Positions 36,444-45,460 are shown, numbered from the stretch's first letter. The stretch is DNA of 45,460 nucleotides from an uncultured bacterium (GCA_964404605.1 CAYOKT010000004.1:18555-64014), one strand, 5' to 3'. The notes: generated by a model from the sequence alone, not told the origin. Translations and numbers: made by a program.

Positions 36444-37115
36444 ATGGACGAAGCCACCAGGAAGAAACTGGAAGAGCTTCACAAGAAGGTCGTGCAGGAA
36501 GTTCCCCGGAAGGCCAACGGCCCTGTCGAGGAAACCTCCGCCAGGGGAGGAACGCCCGAGACGGGAAAGCTGTTCCATAAGCAGGGCGGCAAGCTGCCCC
36601 CTCCCCTGACCAAGGAGGAGATCCGCGCGAAGCAGATGCAGGAACTCAAGGCGCGTGTCCGCCGGCGCGAGGCGATGTTGAAGGGCAGGGATGTCGACAA
36701 GAAAAAGAAAAAAGAGGTGGCCTTCGTCGTCTATCATCCCAACCATTTCCGGGCGAAACAGATCGGGGCGTACGTCCAGCGGATGGGCTTTCCCCTCTAC
36801 ATGGTCTGCTCCGATCTCCGCTCGCTTATTCGGAGCGTGCTCGATTACATCAACGATCCCGATCTCATCCGCACGGTGTTCGCCGTGGAAGATGATCAAC
36901 TGCAACTCCTGAAGGACGAGCTTAACAGCGAGGAGCTGGCCGCGGTCCGGCAACGGATCCCCGGCCTGACCCGGCTGCCGGTCTTCGTCTTCCTCGCCCC
37001 GGAGAAGCCGCCGCTCATCCCGAAGGGAATGGAACCGAAATGGGTGCTTCCGATGCGGCAGAATCCCACCATGAACGCGGCAAAAGTTAAAGCCGCACTT
37101 GAGATCCGCACCTGA
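36444..37115 (+). CDS. Hypothetical protein (charged N-terminus, possible pseudo-receiver C-terminal domain)
   Basis: ATG 36444 behind AGAAGGG; Lys/Glu-rich helical N-terminus followed by an alternating beta/alpha region. Confidence 0.7.
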   Translation: MDEATRKKLEELHKKVVQEVPRKANGPVEETSARGGTPETGKLFHKQGGKLPPPLTKEEIRAKQMQELKARVRRREAMLKGRDVDKKKKKEVAFVVYHPNHFRAKQIGAYVQRMGFPLYMVCSDLRSLIRSVLDYINDPDLIRTVFAVEDDQLQLLKDELNSEELAAVRQRIPGLTRLPVFVFLAPEKPPLIPKGMEPKWVLPMRQNPTMNAAKVKAALEIRT

Positions 37116-37136
37116 TCCTCACAGCGGCCCCCCGAG

Positions 37137-38546
37137 ATGACACCCTCACAGCCGCCCGCGGGCGGGCGATCCGCATCTTCCCTGCAGCTGGACCAGTTTG
37201 ACGCCGGTGCGCGCCGGCATTCCGGCTACGGCGCGGCACTGGAACACCTCTACGGCCGCCTCGACCTCGAACGCCTCGACCCCGCCCGCCAGGCCACCGT
37301 CAACCGCGACATCACCGCTTTCCGGGCGTTCCTCCGCGGCCTCGGCGATCCCCACCTGGGCCGGCCCACGGTGCACATCACCGGCACCCTCGGCAAGGGC
37401 TCCGTCCTCGCCTCCCTCGAAGCGATCCTCCGCGCGGCGGGGGAGAAAACCGGCGCGACGGTCTCCCCGCACCTCGTCGAAGTGCGAGAGAGGATCCGGA
37501 TCGACGGGGAGAGCCTGTCGCGCGGCCGTTTCGCCGAACTGTACCAACAGCTCCGCCCCGCGGCCGACCGGCGGCCCGCCGGCGGCCATTTCCGCACCGT
37601 GTTCGAACTGCTGACCGCGCTGGCGTTTCACACCTTTCGGGAGGAAAAGGTCGACATCGCCCTGGTGGAAGTCGGGATGGGCGGCAAGCTGGATGCGACC
37701 ATCGTCGTCGAGCCGATCCTCTCGGTGATCACCCGGATCGGGCTCGACCACACGCACGTCCTCGGCGGGACGCGGGGCGAGATCGCCGCCGACAAGGCGC
37801 ACGTGATCAAACCCGGTGCGCCGGCGGTGTTCGCCGCGCAGACCGCCGAGGCGCTGGAGGCCCTCGACCGGCGGGCCGGGGAGACCGGCAGCGAAACCTG
37901 GGCGCTGGGACGGGAAGCCGAGTTTATCGTGAAGGAGGTCACCCCGCAGGGAACCCGCTTCGACCTCACGACGCCGTCGGGCACACACCGGGATCTCTTC
38001 ACCTCCCTCCCCGGCCGGCACCAGGCGGAGAACGCCGCCACGGCGGTGCTCGCCGCCGACCGGATGGCGGCGGACGGCCGGGTTCTCCTCGATGAGGGAG
38101 CCATCCGCGCCGGGCTCGCGGAGACGAAATGGCCGGGTCGAGGCGAGTTGCTCCGCCGTGAACCGCCCCTTCTGCTGGACGGGGCGCACACCCCCGAGGC
38201 GGCGCGGGCCCTCGCGCGGATGGTCGCGGACCTGTGGCCCGGCGCCCCCCTGCGCCTGCTCCTCGGCTTCAACAAGGACAAGGACATCGAGGGGTTCCTC
38301 GACGCCTTTTCCCACCCTCCAGAGCGCGCCCTCGCCACCGCCGCCCCCACCCCCCGCGCCCTGCCGGCGGAAGAAGCGGCGGAGCGGATGCGCCGCCGCG
38401 GCTGGAGAGTGGACATCATCGGGGCCGACGAGGCGCTCGGAACCGCCCTGGACGGCGCCGATCCCGGAGAAGTCACCGTGGTCGCGGGCAGCCTGTACGT
38501 GGTGGGCATGGTGCGACGCCAGTGGTTGCACGGTTCACGGCGGTAG
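37137..38546 (+). CDS. folC: Bifunctional folylpolyglutamate synthase / dihydrofolate synthase
   Basis: HITGTLGKGS, SPHLVEVRERI, TVFELLTA, VEVGMGGKLDAT, IGLDHTHVLG, WPGR, LDGAHTP, AGSLYVVG. Confidence 0.93.
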   Translation: MTPSQPPAGGRSASSLQLDQFDAGARRHSGYGAALEHLYGRLDLERLDPARQATVNRDITAFRAFLRGLGDPHLGRPTVHITGTLGKGSVLASLEAILRAAGEKTGATVSPHLVEVRERIRIDGESLSRGRFAELYQQLRPAADRRPAGGHFRTVFELLTALAFHTFREEKVDIALVEVGMGGKLDATIVVEPILSVITRIGLDHTHVLGGTRGEIAADKAHVIKPGAPAVFAAQTAEALEALDRRAGETGSETWALGREAEFIVKEVTPQGTRFDLTTPSGTHRDLFTSLPGRHQAENAATAVLAADRMAADGRVLLDEGAIRAGLAETKWPGRGELLRREPPLLLDGAHTPEAARALARMVADLWPGAPLRLLLGFNKDKDIEGFLDAFSHPPERALATAAPTPRALPAEEAAERMRRRGWRVDIIGADEALGTALDGADPGEVTVVAGSLYVVGMVRRQWLHGSRR

Positions 38547-38589
38547 CCTACCTTATCCCGTTGATCGACAACCTGCACGGAGACGGAGG

Positions 38590-39681
38590 ATGACTTCCCA
38601 CAACGAGGGACGGTTCACACGACGGTTGGGAACGCTCGCCGCCCTCGGGGCGGCGGCGCTGCTGCTGGGTTGCGGAAAAGCCAATGAGCCCGCGGTGCCG
38701 ACACCGTCGCCGGCGGCCTACGAGGTCGTCTCCACCATCGGCACCTGGGGTTTCGCGCAGAGCCTCGACCTGGTGGGGGATACCCTCTTCGTCGCCGAGA
38801 ACTCCGCCGGAGTGGGGGTGTACGACTTCTCCACCCCGTCTTCGCCCGTGCGGGTGGACACCGCGCTGCTCCCCGCCCGCGCCCGCCTCGTCCGCGCCGA
38901 ACCGGCGATGAACGCCCTCTTCGTGAACAGCCCGGACCTGACCCGCATCCTCTGGTATGACTCGCTGCGGTTCGACTCGGACAACATCCTCGGCAGCCAG
39001 GGGGTGCGCGACCTGGAGACCCGCGTGCGCCGTGACATGGTGGAAACCCAGTTGGGGAATTTGTATGACACCCTGGTCGTGCAGGCCCTGATCGCCGACA
39101 TCAGCGACGGGGTGCAGGTTGCGACGGTGTTCCACGACGAACTCGACGTGGTCTTCTTTGGCAACCTTATCAAGATCCGGTTGAACTACTTCGGCGCCCA
39201 ACCCCTCGGGGTCGCCCAGACCGGCTCCCTGGATACGATCGCCGTCGGCCTCGGGGATGTGGGGGTCGGGCTGGCGGACATCGAGAAGAGCACCGCGCCG
39301 GACGGCGTGTGGCTGGGCTTCGCCGACACCCCGGGCGAGGCGACGCACTTGGCCTGGCAGGACGGGTTCCTCTACGTGGCGGACGGGATCGCGGGCCTGT
39401 CGGTGATCGACGCGACCGATCCCTCCGACCCAAGCCTGGCCGCCAACTGGGATACCACCGGCCTCGACCATGCGATCGAGGTGGCGGTGGACGGGAGCCG
39501 CCTCGCCCTCGTGGACGAGTTCGACGGGGTCTACCTGTTCGACGTCAGCGACCCGGTTCACCCGGTGAAAAAGGACTTCTTCGAGGTCCGCGAACCCACG
39601 GACGCCGTGTTCCTGGACGACGGGCTCCTGATCATCAGCTCCCTCGAGCAGGGGTTGACCGTACTCCGGCTCCATTTCTGA
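38590..39681 (+). CDS. LVIVD-repeat (beta-propeller) lipoprotein
   Basis: Lipobox ALLLG-C; repeats DTLFVAENSAGVGVYDFSTPSSP, FLYVADGIAGLSVIDATDPSDP, ALVDEFDGVYLFDVSDPVHP; start at ATG 38590. Confidence 0.85.
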   Translation: MTSHNEGRFTRRLGTLAALGAAALLLGCGKANEPAVPTPSPAAYEVVSTIGTWGFAQSLDLVGDTLFVAENSAGVGVYDFSTPSSPVRVDTALLPARARLVRAEPAMNALFVNSPDLTRILWYDSLRFDSDNILGSQGVRDLETRVRRDMVETQLGNLYDTLVVQALIADISDGVQVATVFHDELDVVFFGNLIKIRLNYFGAQPLGVAQTGSLDTIAVGLGDVGVGLADIEKSTAPDGVWLGFADTPGEATHLAWQDGFLYVADGIAGLSVIDATDPSDPSLAANWDTTGLDHAIEVAVDGSRLALVDEFDGVYLFDVSDPVHPVKKDFFEVREPTDAVFLDDGLLIISSLEQGLTVLRLHF

Positions 39682-39790
39682 GGGGAGTGAGCGGCGGGAC
39701 GCCGCGGCAACCGGGCCGCCTCTTCCGGCGAACCGGGTTCCCCGCCGGGGCGAAACGCGGGCGGTACGAGTCCATCGGGTTCGCACCCCC

Positions 39791-39819
39791 TTGCATGGCC
39801 CGCCCCGCCGCGTTACCCT
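39791..39819 (+). promoter_or_regulatory. Putative sigma70 promoter of the HAD fusion gene
   Basis: TTGCAT (39791-39796), 17 nt, TACCCT (39814-39819). Confidence 0.4.
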
Positions 39820-39854
39820 ACCGTACTTCCACGAACAGCAGCGGGTTTCACGGC

Positions 39855-41243
39855 ATGATCCACCCAGATCTCTACGGCGTACGGACGCTGATCTTCGACA
39901 TGGACGGGACCCTCGTCCAGAGCGGCAAACTCGCCCTGCACGCCCTGCGTGAGGGGCTGGCCGAGTTCTACCGCCGGCGGGGGAAAGAGGCGCCGGAGAA
40001 GACGGATAAGGAGCTGCTCGCCGGCATCGGGCAGGTCTCGGATGTCTTCTACCGGTCCCTCCTGCCCGAATCTCTGCGGGGGGAGTGGCGCGAGTTCCGC
40101 GCCCTCATCTTCGAAAGCGAACGGCGCTACCTCGAGACCCACCGTCTCGCCTACCCCGGAGCGGTGAAGACCCTGGCCGAGCTTCGCCGCCGGGGCTACC
40201 GCCTCGCGGTGGCGACCAACGGCAACCGCGAGTACGCCGAGGCGATGATGGAGACCCAGGGGCTCGCGCGCTTCTTCGACCGGGTCGCCTGCATCGAGGA
40301 TGTGCCGGGCGGGGGAACGAAGGAGGAGGTGATCGCCCTGCTGGTCCGCGAGCTGGGCGGCGACGCCGCGATGATCGGGGACCGGGTGTACGACATCACG
40401 GCGGCGCGGAAAAACGGCCTGCCGGCGGTCGGCGCGCTGTACGGGTACGGCAGCCGCGAGGAGCTGGGCGAGACGGCGGACTGGGTCCGGGACATCCGCG
40501 AGCTTCTCTACCTGTTCGACCCCCTCAAGGAATTGGCGGAGGCGCTCGCGGATGAGATCAACAGCGCGCGCCGCCTCGACCGGGCGATGATCGTCGCCCT
40601 CAGCGCTCCCCACCCGGCCCTGACCGCGCCCCTGCTTCCGCCGCTGCTCATCTCCCTCAGCGAGATCAACCTGCCCGCCACGGTGCTCAGCCTCGACCGG
40701 CACCGCACGGACCCCTCCCCGGAGGTGGCCGCGGACGCCCTGGGATGGTTGAAATCCGCCTATCCCTGGGAGAGGCTGTGGGGCGATTTCCTCGCGCCCG
40801 AGCGGGACTCACGGCTGCTCGAGGCGGCCTGGACGGTGACCCGCGGGCGGGAATCCGGGCGCGAACGGCCCTACCGCGCCCGGCCGGGAACACTCCTTCT
40901 TGTCGAAGGGCCGATGCTCCTCCGGTCCCCGCTGGGCGGCCGCTTCGACCTGCGCTATACCGTCCGCGCCCGGCCGGGAACCGTCCGCCGCGCCCTGCGC
41001 GCCCTGCTCCGCCATCGCGCCGCCGGGTATGGAGAAACCCTTCCCCCGGTGTTCGAACCGTTGCGCGGCGTGCTCCTCTCGGAAGATGAACTCGACCTGT
41101 GGGAACGCCGTTTCCACCCCGCCTGGCGGGCGGCCGGGGCGGAGCGACTCGAGCGGGAAGCGGCCGACCGGGTCCTCGACGGCGGCCTCCTCGCCACCGC
41201 GGCGGCGCGCCCCCTCCCGAAACCGGGCCGCCTGGAGCACTAA
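39855..41243 (+). CDS. HAD-superfamily phosphatase fused to a degenerate uridine-kinase-like domain
   Basis: IFDMDGTL, ATNG, K, MIGDRVYD HAD motifs I-IV; C-terminal half with LSLDRH and LLLVEGPMLL..FDL typical of the UDK/PRK fold; start at ATG 39855. Confidence 0.82.
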   Translation: MIHPDLYGVRTLIFDMDGTLVQSGKLALHALREGLAEFYRRRGKEAPEKTDKELLAGIGQVSDVFYRSLLPESLRGEWREFRALIFESERRYLETHRLAYPGAVKTLAELRRRGYRLAVATNGNREYAEAMMETQGLARFFDRVACIEDVPGGGTKEEVIALLVRELGGDAAMIGDRVYDITAARKNGLPAVGALYGYGSREELGETADWVRDIRELLYLFDPLKELAEALADEINSARRLDRAMIVALSAPHPALTAPLLPPLLISLSEINLPATVLSLDRHRTDPSPEVAADALGWLKSAYPWERLWGDFLAPERDSRLLEAAWTVTRGRESGRERPYRARPGTLLLVEGPMLLRSPLGGRFDLRYTVRARPGTVRRALRALLRHRAAGYGETLPPVFEPLRGVLLSEDELDLWERRFHPAWRAAGAERLEREAADRVLDGGLLATAAARPLPKPGRLEH

Positions 41244-41270
41244 ATCGGACCCAAAGGTCCGATTTAGTGC
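41237..41270. repeat. Perfect 15-bp inverted repeat between convergent genes
   Basis: GCACTAAATCGGACC-CAAA-GGTCCGATTTAGTGC; overlaps the HAD gene stop codon. Confidence 0.85.
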
Positions 41271-41313
41271 GCAACGCAGTTCAACCCTGTCGCGGACCGA
41301 TTCCCCCAGCGGG

Positions 41314-42216
41314 CTACTTCGCGAAGAAGGCGACGACCTTCTGCGCCAGCTCGCGCCCGACCCGCGCCTGCGCCTCGGTGGTGGAGGCGCCGATGTGAGG
41401 GGTCGCCGAGACCTTCGGATGCCGCACGAGGGCTTCCTTCGGCGTCGGCTCGTCGAGGAAGACATCCACGCCCGCGCCCGAGAGCTTGCCGCTGTCGAGA
41501 GCCGCGACCAGGGCATCCTCATCCACCACGCCGCCGCGGGCGCAGTTGACCAGGTAGGCGCCGTCCTTCATCTTCGCCAGTTCATCCGCGCCGACCAGGG
41601 GCTTGTCCAGCGAGGGAACATGCAGGCTGACAAAGTCCCCCTCCCCAAGCGCCCTGTCGAAGTCGCGGGTGAATTCCACCGCCAGCCCGCCGGTATCGAC
41701 ATCGATAACATCATAAGCCACGACGCGCATCCCGAGGGCGAGGGCCTTCTTCGCCAGCGAGCGGCCGATGCGCCCGAACCCGATGACGCTCAACGTTTTC
41801 CCGGCGAGCTCCACCCCCTTGTACTGCTTCTTGTTCCACTCACCCTTGCGCATGGTGACATTCGCCGCCGCGATATGGCGGGCGAGGGCGAACATGTGCC
41901 CGAGGACGAGCTCCGCCACGCTGTCCGAGGAGGCCGCGGGGGTGTTGATGATCTCGATCCCCTTCGACTTCGCGTACTCGACATCGATGTTGTCCAGCCC
42001 GACACCGCCGCGCCCGATCAACTTCAGCGACGGGGCGGCATCGATGTGCTCCCTGCGCACCTTGGTCGCGCTGCGCACCAGGATCGCATCGTACTTCCCC
42101 AGCTCCCCGGCGAGGGACTCCTGCGGCACCTTCTCCATCGCCAGCTCATGACCGGCATCGCGCAGGATCTGCTCCCCCTCCCCGGAGATACCGTCGTTCA
42201 CCAGGATTTTCGCCAT
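41314..42216 (-). CDS. serA: D-3-phosphoglycerate dehydrogenase (short form, no ACT domain)
   Basis: VRSATKV, GRGGVGLDNID, VAEL, IGFGRIG, NCARGGVVDE, DVF..EP, TPHIGASTTEAQ; start at ATG 42216 behind GAGGAG; adjacent to serC. Confidence 0.9.
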   Translation of the reverse strand: MAKILVNDGISGEGEQILRDAGHELAMEKVPQESLAGELGKYDAILVRSATKVRREHIDAAPSLKLIGRGGVGLDNIDVEYAKSKGIEIINTPAASSDSVAELVLGHMFALARHIAAANVTMRKGEWNKKQYKGVELAGKTLSVIGFGRIGRSLAKKALALGMRVVAYDVIDVDTGGLAVEFTRDFDRALGEGDFVSLHVPSLDKPLVGADELAKMKDGAYLVNCARGGVVDEDALVAALDSGKLSGAGVDVFLDEPTPKEALVRHPKVSATPHIGASTTEAQARVGRELAQKVVAFFAK

Positions 42217-42387
42217 GATCACTCCTCGCTTTTCCCGCCGGCCGCCGGACCGCACCGCACCCGGCAGGACGGAATTGTATTCGCTTCCAGTGAAATCCGC
42301 CGTCAACCCACGCCCCGCTCACTGGCGGCCTACCGCGCCTTACCGGTGCTGAAGCGCAGCGCCCGGCCGGCCCCGCGGGCGGCCCAC

Positions 42388-43482
42388 TCAGGCCGGGTTG
42401 TCTTTCATGAAGCGCTCCATGAAAGCCACCAGGTCTTCGATCGCCTCCGGCGGGGTGGCGTTGTACATCGACACGCGGCAGCCGCCGACGCTGCGGTGTC
42501 CCTTGAGGCCGTTGAACCCCGCCGCCTTGCCTTCGGCGATGAATTTCGCCTCCAGCTCCTCGGTCGGCAGGCGGAAGACGGCGTTCATCCAGCTCCGGCT
42601 GTTCTTCTCGATGGGGCAGCGGTAGTACCCGCCCTGCTCATCGATGAAGCCGTAGAGGAGATCCGCCTTGCGGCGGTTGCGCTCCTCCATGCCGGCGAGG
42701 CCGCCGTTCTCCTCGACCCACTTCAACACTTCGCCGAGGATAAATATCGCAAGCGTGGGCGGGGTGTTGAACAGGCTGTTCTTCTCCACGTGCGTGGAGT
42801 AGCTGAGCATCGTGGTCACGCCTTCGTTCGCCCTGGCGAGCAGGTCGTCCCGCACGATGACGAGGGTCACGCCGGAGGGCCCGAGGTTCTTCTGCGCGCC
42901 GGCGTAAATCAGGCCGAACGGGGCGGGGTCGATACGGTGCGAGAGGATGTCGCTGGACATGTCCGCGACCAGGGGCACATCGCCGGTGTCCGGGTAGTCG
43001 AAGTACTCCGTGCCCTTGATCGTGTTGTTCGAAGTGATGTGGACATACTCCGCGCCCGGGGTGAGCTTCAGCTCCTCCTGCCGTGGGAGGCGGACATAGC
43101 CCTCTTCCTTCCCGCTGAAGGCGACATTCACCTCGCCGAAGAGCCTGGCCTCCTTGATCGCCTTGACGGACCAGGAGCCGGTGTCGACGTAGTCGGCCAC
43201 CTTGCCCTCCCCGAGGAAGTTCATCGGGATCATCGCGAACTGGAGGCTCGCGCCGCCCTGCAGGAAGAGGACACGGTACCGTTCATCGAGCCCGAGGAGC
43301 CGCTTCACCAGCTCGATGGCGCCGTTGTGGATCTCATCATATTCCTTGGAACGATGGGACCACTCCATCAGCGCCATGCCCGTTCCACCCTTGTTGAACC
43401 AGTCCGCGTGGACCCGTTCGAGCACCTCCAGCGGCAGCGCCGCCGGCCCGGCGTTGAAGTTCCAGATGCGCCCGTACTTCAT
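42388..43482 (-). CDS. serC: Phosphoserine aminotransferase
   Basis: NFNAGPAALP, MEWSHRS, FLQGGASLQF, DMSSD, YAGAQKNLGPSG, NTPP, GHRSVGG.RVSMYNA. Confidence 0.97.
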   Translation of the reverse strand: MKYGRIWNFNAGPAALPLEVLERVHADWFNKGGTGMALMEWSHRSKEYDEIHNGAIELVKRLLGLDERYRVLFLQGGASLQFAMIPMNFLGEGKVADYVDTGSWSVKAIKEARLFGEVNVAFSGKEEGYVRLPRQEELKLTPGAEYVHITSNNTIKGTEYFDYPDTGDVPLVADMSSDILSHRIDPAPFGLIYAGAQKNLGPSGVTLVIVRDDLLARANEGVTTMLSYSTHVEKNSLFNTPPTLAIFILGEVLKWVEENGGLAGMEERNRRKADLLYGFIDEQGGYYRCPIEKNSRSWMNAVFRLPTEELEAKFIAEGKAAGFNGLKGHRSVGGCRVSMYNATPPEAIEDLVAFMERFMKDNPA

Positions 43483-43556
43483 ATGCCTCTCCTTTTTCCA
43501 GGATCGATCGTACCCTGTCCGGCCCCGGTCAACGACGCCCGGAAGCCGGCGTGTGT

Positions 43557-44228
43557 TCAGCTTTGCCGCCCTCGCCCCACCCGGAAGACGGCTTCCACTT
43601 TCGCGTGCCGCTCCAGCGGGGAATCCCCGTGCCGGTGCAGGGGGCCTAACCCCTCGCGGTAATGGACCATCTCATACCCGGCGAACAGGCGCGGTAGTTC
43701 GCCCGGCTCGAGCCAGGTCCGCACCTCGCCTTCCCCGCTGCGAAAGGAGTGAGGCCCGATCTCCTCCCACTTCGCCCGCGTCCGTCGATAGCCGTCATCC
43801 AAGGTCGTGAACGCCGTGACGAAGAGATAGCCGCCTACCATGATCCAGTCGTTGAGACGCCCGGGGAGAGAGTCGATCTCCTCCCGGGTAAGGACCTGCA
43901 GCAGGCCGAAGAGCAGGATCGCGGAGAAAGAGTGTTCGGACGCCTCGAACGATGCCAAATCGTCGTGAAAGATTCGGATCGGCCACTCCCGTTCCTGCGC
44001 GATCCGTGCGATCGTGTCCACCGCCACCCGCGAAGGGTCGAGCGCCACGACGGGCAGCCCGAGTTCCGCGAGGAAGAGGGCGTTCCGCCCCTGTCCCGCA
44101 CCGACATCCAGCACCGGGCGTGAGGGGTCGAGCAGGTGAACATACGATGCCAGGAGAGGATCCGGGTCACGACCGAAGTAGTCCGGAAACTCCCGGTACA
44201 CCGCATCGAAATCGATCGCTTCACTCAT
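43557..44228 (-). CDS. Class I SAM-dependent methyltransferase (TehB-like)
   Basis: VLDVGAGQGRNALFLA, ALDPS, LEPGEL..LF, C-terminal HRHG..ERH; overlaps the end of DUF1015. Confidence 0.85.
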   Translation of the reverse strand: MSEAIDFDAVYREFPDYFGRDPDPLLASYVHLLDPSRPVLDVGAGQGRNALFLAELGLPVVALDPSRVAVDTIARIAQEREWPIRIFHDDLASFEASEHSFSAILLFGLLQVLTREEIDSLPGRLNDWIMVGGYLFVTAFTTLDDGYRRTRAKWEEIGPHSFRSGEGEVRTWLEPGELPRLFAGYEMVHYREGLGPLHRHGDSPLERHAKVEAVFRVGRGRQS

Positions 44229-45460
44229 CGATCATGTGCACCACGAGCCCGCTGCGCAGCTTGGGCTCGAACCAGGTGGATTTCGGCGGCATGATCTTGC
44301 CCGCATCGGCGATGGCGAGGAGCTGCTCCACCGTCGTCGGATGCAGGCTGAACGCGACCTTCATCTCCCCGGAATCCACCCGCCGCTCCAGCTCGCCCAG
44401 TCCCCGGATGCCGCCGACGAAGTCGATCCGCTTGTCCTTCCGGGGGTCCTCGATGCCGAGGATCGGACCCAGAAGGTTGTTCTGCAGGATCGCGACATCG
44501 AGACTCCCGACGGGGTCATCCGGGTCGTAGCCGTCCTTCGGCTCGAGGCGGTACCACTTCCCCGCGAGGTACATGCCGAAGACTTTCGGCCGGTTCGGCG
44601 CGAGCGCTCCATCCGCCTTCGCGACGTAGAAGCTCTTCTCAACCTTTTCGAGGAACTGCTCCAAACTCAGCCCGTTCAACTCGCTGACCACGCGGTTGTA
44701 GGGCAGAATCTTCAACTGGTCATGGGGAAAGATGACCGAGAGAAAGTAGTTCCACGGCTCCCGGCCGGTGAAGTCCGGGTTCTCCACCCGCCGTTTTTGC
44801 GCGATCAGGGTCGCGGATGCGCTGCGGTGGTGGCCGTCCGCGACATACAGCAGCGGCACCTTGCGGAACAGGTTGGAGATCATCTCCCTGCGGAGCCGGG
44901 AGGCGATGACCCAGAAGGTGTGACGGATGCCGTCCTCGCCGGTGAAATCGTACTCGGGCTCGGTCTCCTGGATGGTCGCCAGCTCCTTGTCGATCTCCGG
45001 GCGGGCGCGGTAGGTGAGGAAGACCGGCCCGGCCTGCGCGCCGAGGGTCTCGATGTGGCGGATGCGGTCGCGCTCCTTCTCCTCGCGGGTCAGCTCGTGC
45101 TTCTTGATCTTGTCATCGATGTACTCCTGCACCGAGGCCCCGGCGACAAGCCCCACCTGCCGGTGATCGCCCCAGGTCTGGGCATAGAGATAGTAGCAGG
45201 GACCGGCATCCCGCCGGAGAACACCCTCCTTGATCAAACGCTGCAGGTTCTCCCGCCCCTTAGCATAAACCGCGTCGTCATAGGGATCCGTCTCCGGCGG
45301 CAGGTCGATCTCCGGCTTGTTGACATGCAGGAAGCTGAGCTCGTTGCCCCTTGCCATCTCCCGCGCCTCCTCGCTGGAGAGGACATCATAGGGCGGGCTG
45401 GCGACGAGATGCGCGACATCCCTGCGCGGGCGAAGGCCGGGAAACGGTGCGACGGTCGCC
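44221..45460 (-). CDS. DUF1015-family protein (ParB-like fold); start lies just outside the window
   Basis: The frame stays open to the window edge (ATVAPFPGLRP..VASPPYDVLSSEEAR); IKKHELTR, YVADGHHRSASA, ILPYNRVV, MPPKSTWFEPKLRSGL. Confidence 0.93.
   Translation of the reverse strand, partial: ATVAPFPGLRPRRDVAHLVASPPYDVLSSEEAREMARGNELSFLHVNKPEIDLPPETDPYDDAVYAKGRENLQRLIKEGVLRRDAGPCYYLYAQTWGDHRQVGLVAGASVQEYIDDKIKKHELTREEKERDRIRHIETLGAQAGPVFLTYRARPEIDKELATIQETEPEYDFTGEDGIRHTFWVIASRLRREMISNLFRKVPLLYVADGHHRSASATLIAQKRRVENPDFTGREPWNYFLSVIFPHDQLKILPYNRVVSELNGLSLEQFLEKVEKSFYVAKADGALAPNRPKVFGMYLAGKWYRLEPKDGYDPDDPVGSLDVAILQNNLLGPILGIEDPRKDKRIDFVGGIRGLGELERRVDSGEMKVAFSLHPTTVEQLLAIADAGKIMPPKSTWFEPKLRSGLVVHMIDE

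Noticed and set aside
41235-41270. Possible CIRCE element (GAGCACTAA...TTAGTGC)
   Set aside because: Arm sequence, orientation and spacing do not match TTAGCACTC-N9-GAGTGCTAA, and it lies between convergent gene ends
40900-43662. 920-aa plus-strand ORF
   Set aside because: Antisense to the well-supported serA and serC; composition typical of a shadow frame

Overview
GC-rich chromosomal segment of a diderm bacterium. The gene content (pgsB-pgsC-pgsW, DGGGP-synthase-like UbiA next to maf, hrcA-grpE-dnaJ without dnaK, DUF1015-serC-serA, porin-like beta-barrels ending in aromatic residues) suggests an FCB-superphylum lineage; this placement is inference. There are about 40 CDSs. I found no rRNA, tRNA, CRISPR array or intact transposase. 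Housekeeping genes: rodZ, maf, nfi, rsmD, comEA, dnaJ, grpE, hrcA, ftsEX, tatD, an MsbA-like exporter, recO, folC, serA, serC. The most interesting parts are: (1) a poly-gamma-glutamate operon with no CapA/CapE, followed by an internally duplicated exported protein and outer-membrane barrels, a candidate diderm polyglutamate export machine; (2) a tightly coupled three-gene cassette of a cysteine hydrolase, a TrxB-fold flavoprotein without CxxC and a truncated RlmN-like radical SAM enzyme that keeps the methyl-carrier Cys but lacks the resolving Cys; (3) several motif-degenerate signalling proteins (an NtrC-type AAA+ protein without GAFTGA and an HE-GYP protein coupled to an ExeA ATPase); (4) a comEA-linked pilin-like/PilM-like pair; (5) a few non-coding palindromes, repeats and structured leaders. 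All product calls come from motifs recognised by eye; no searches were run.
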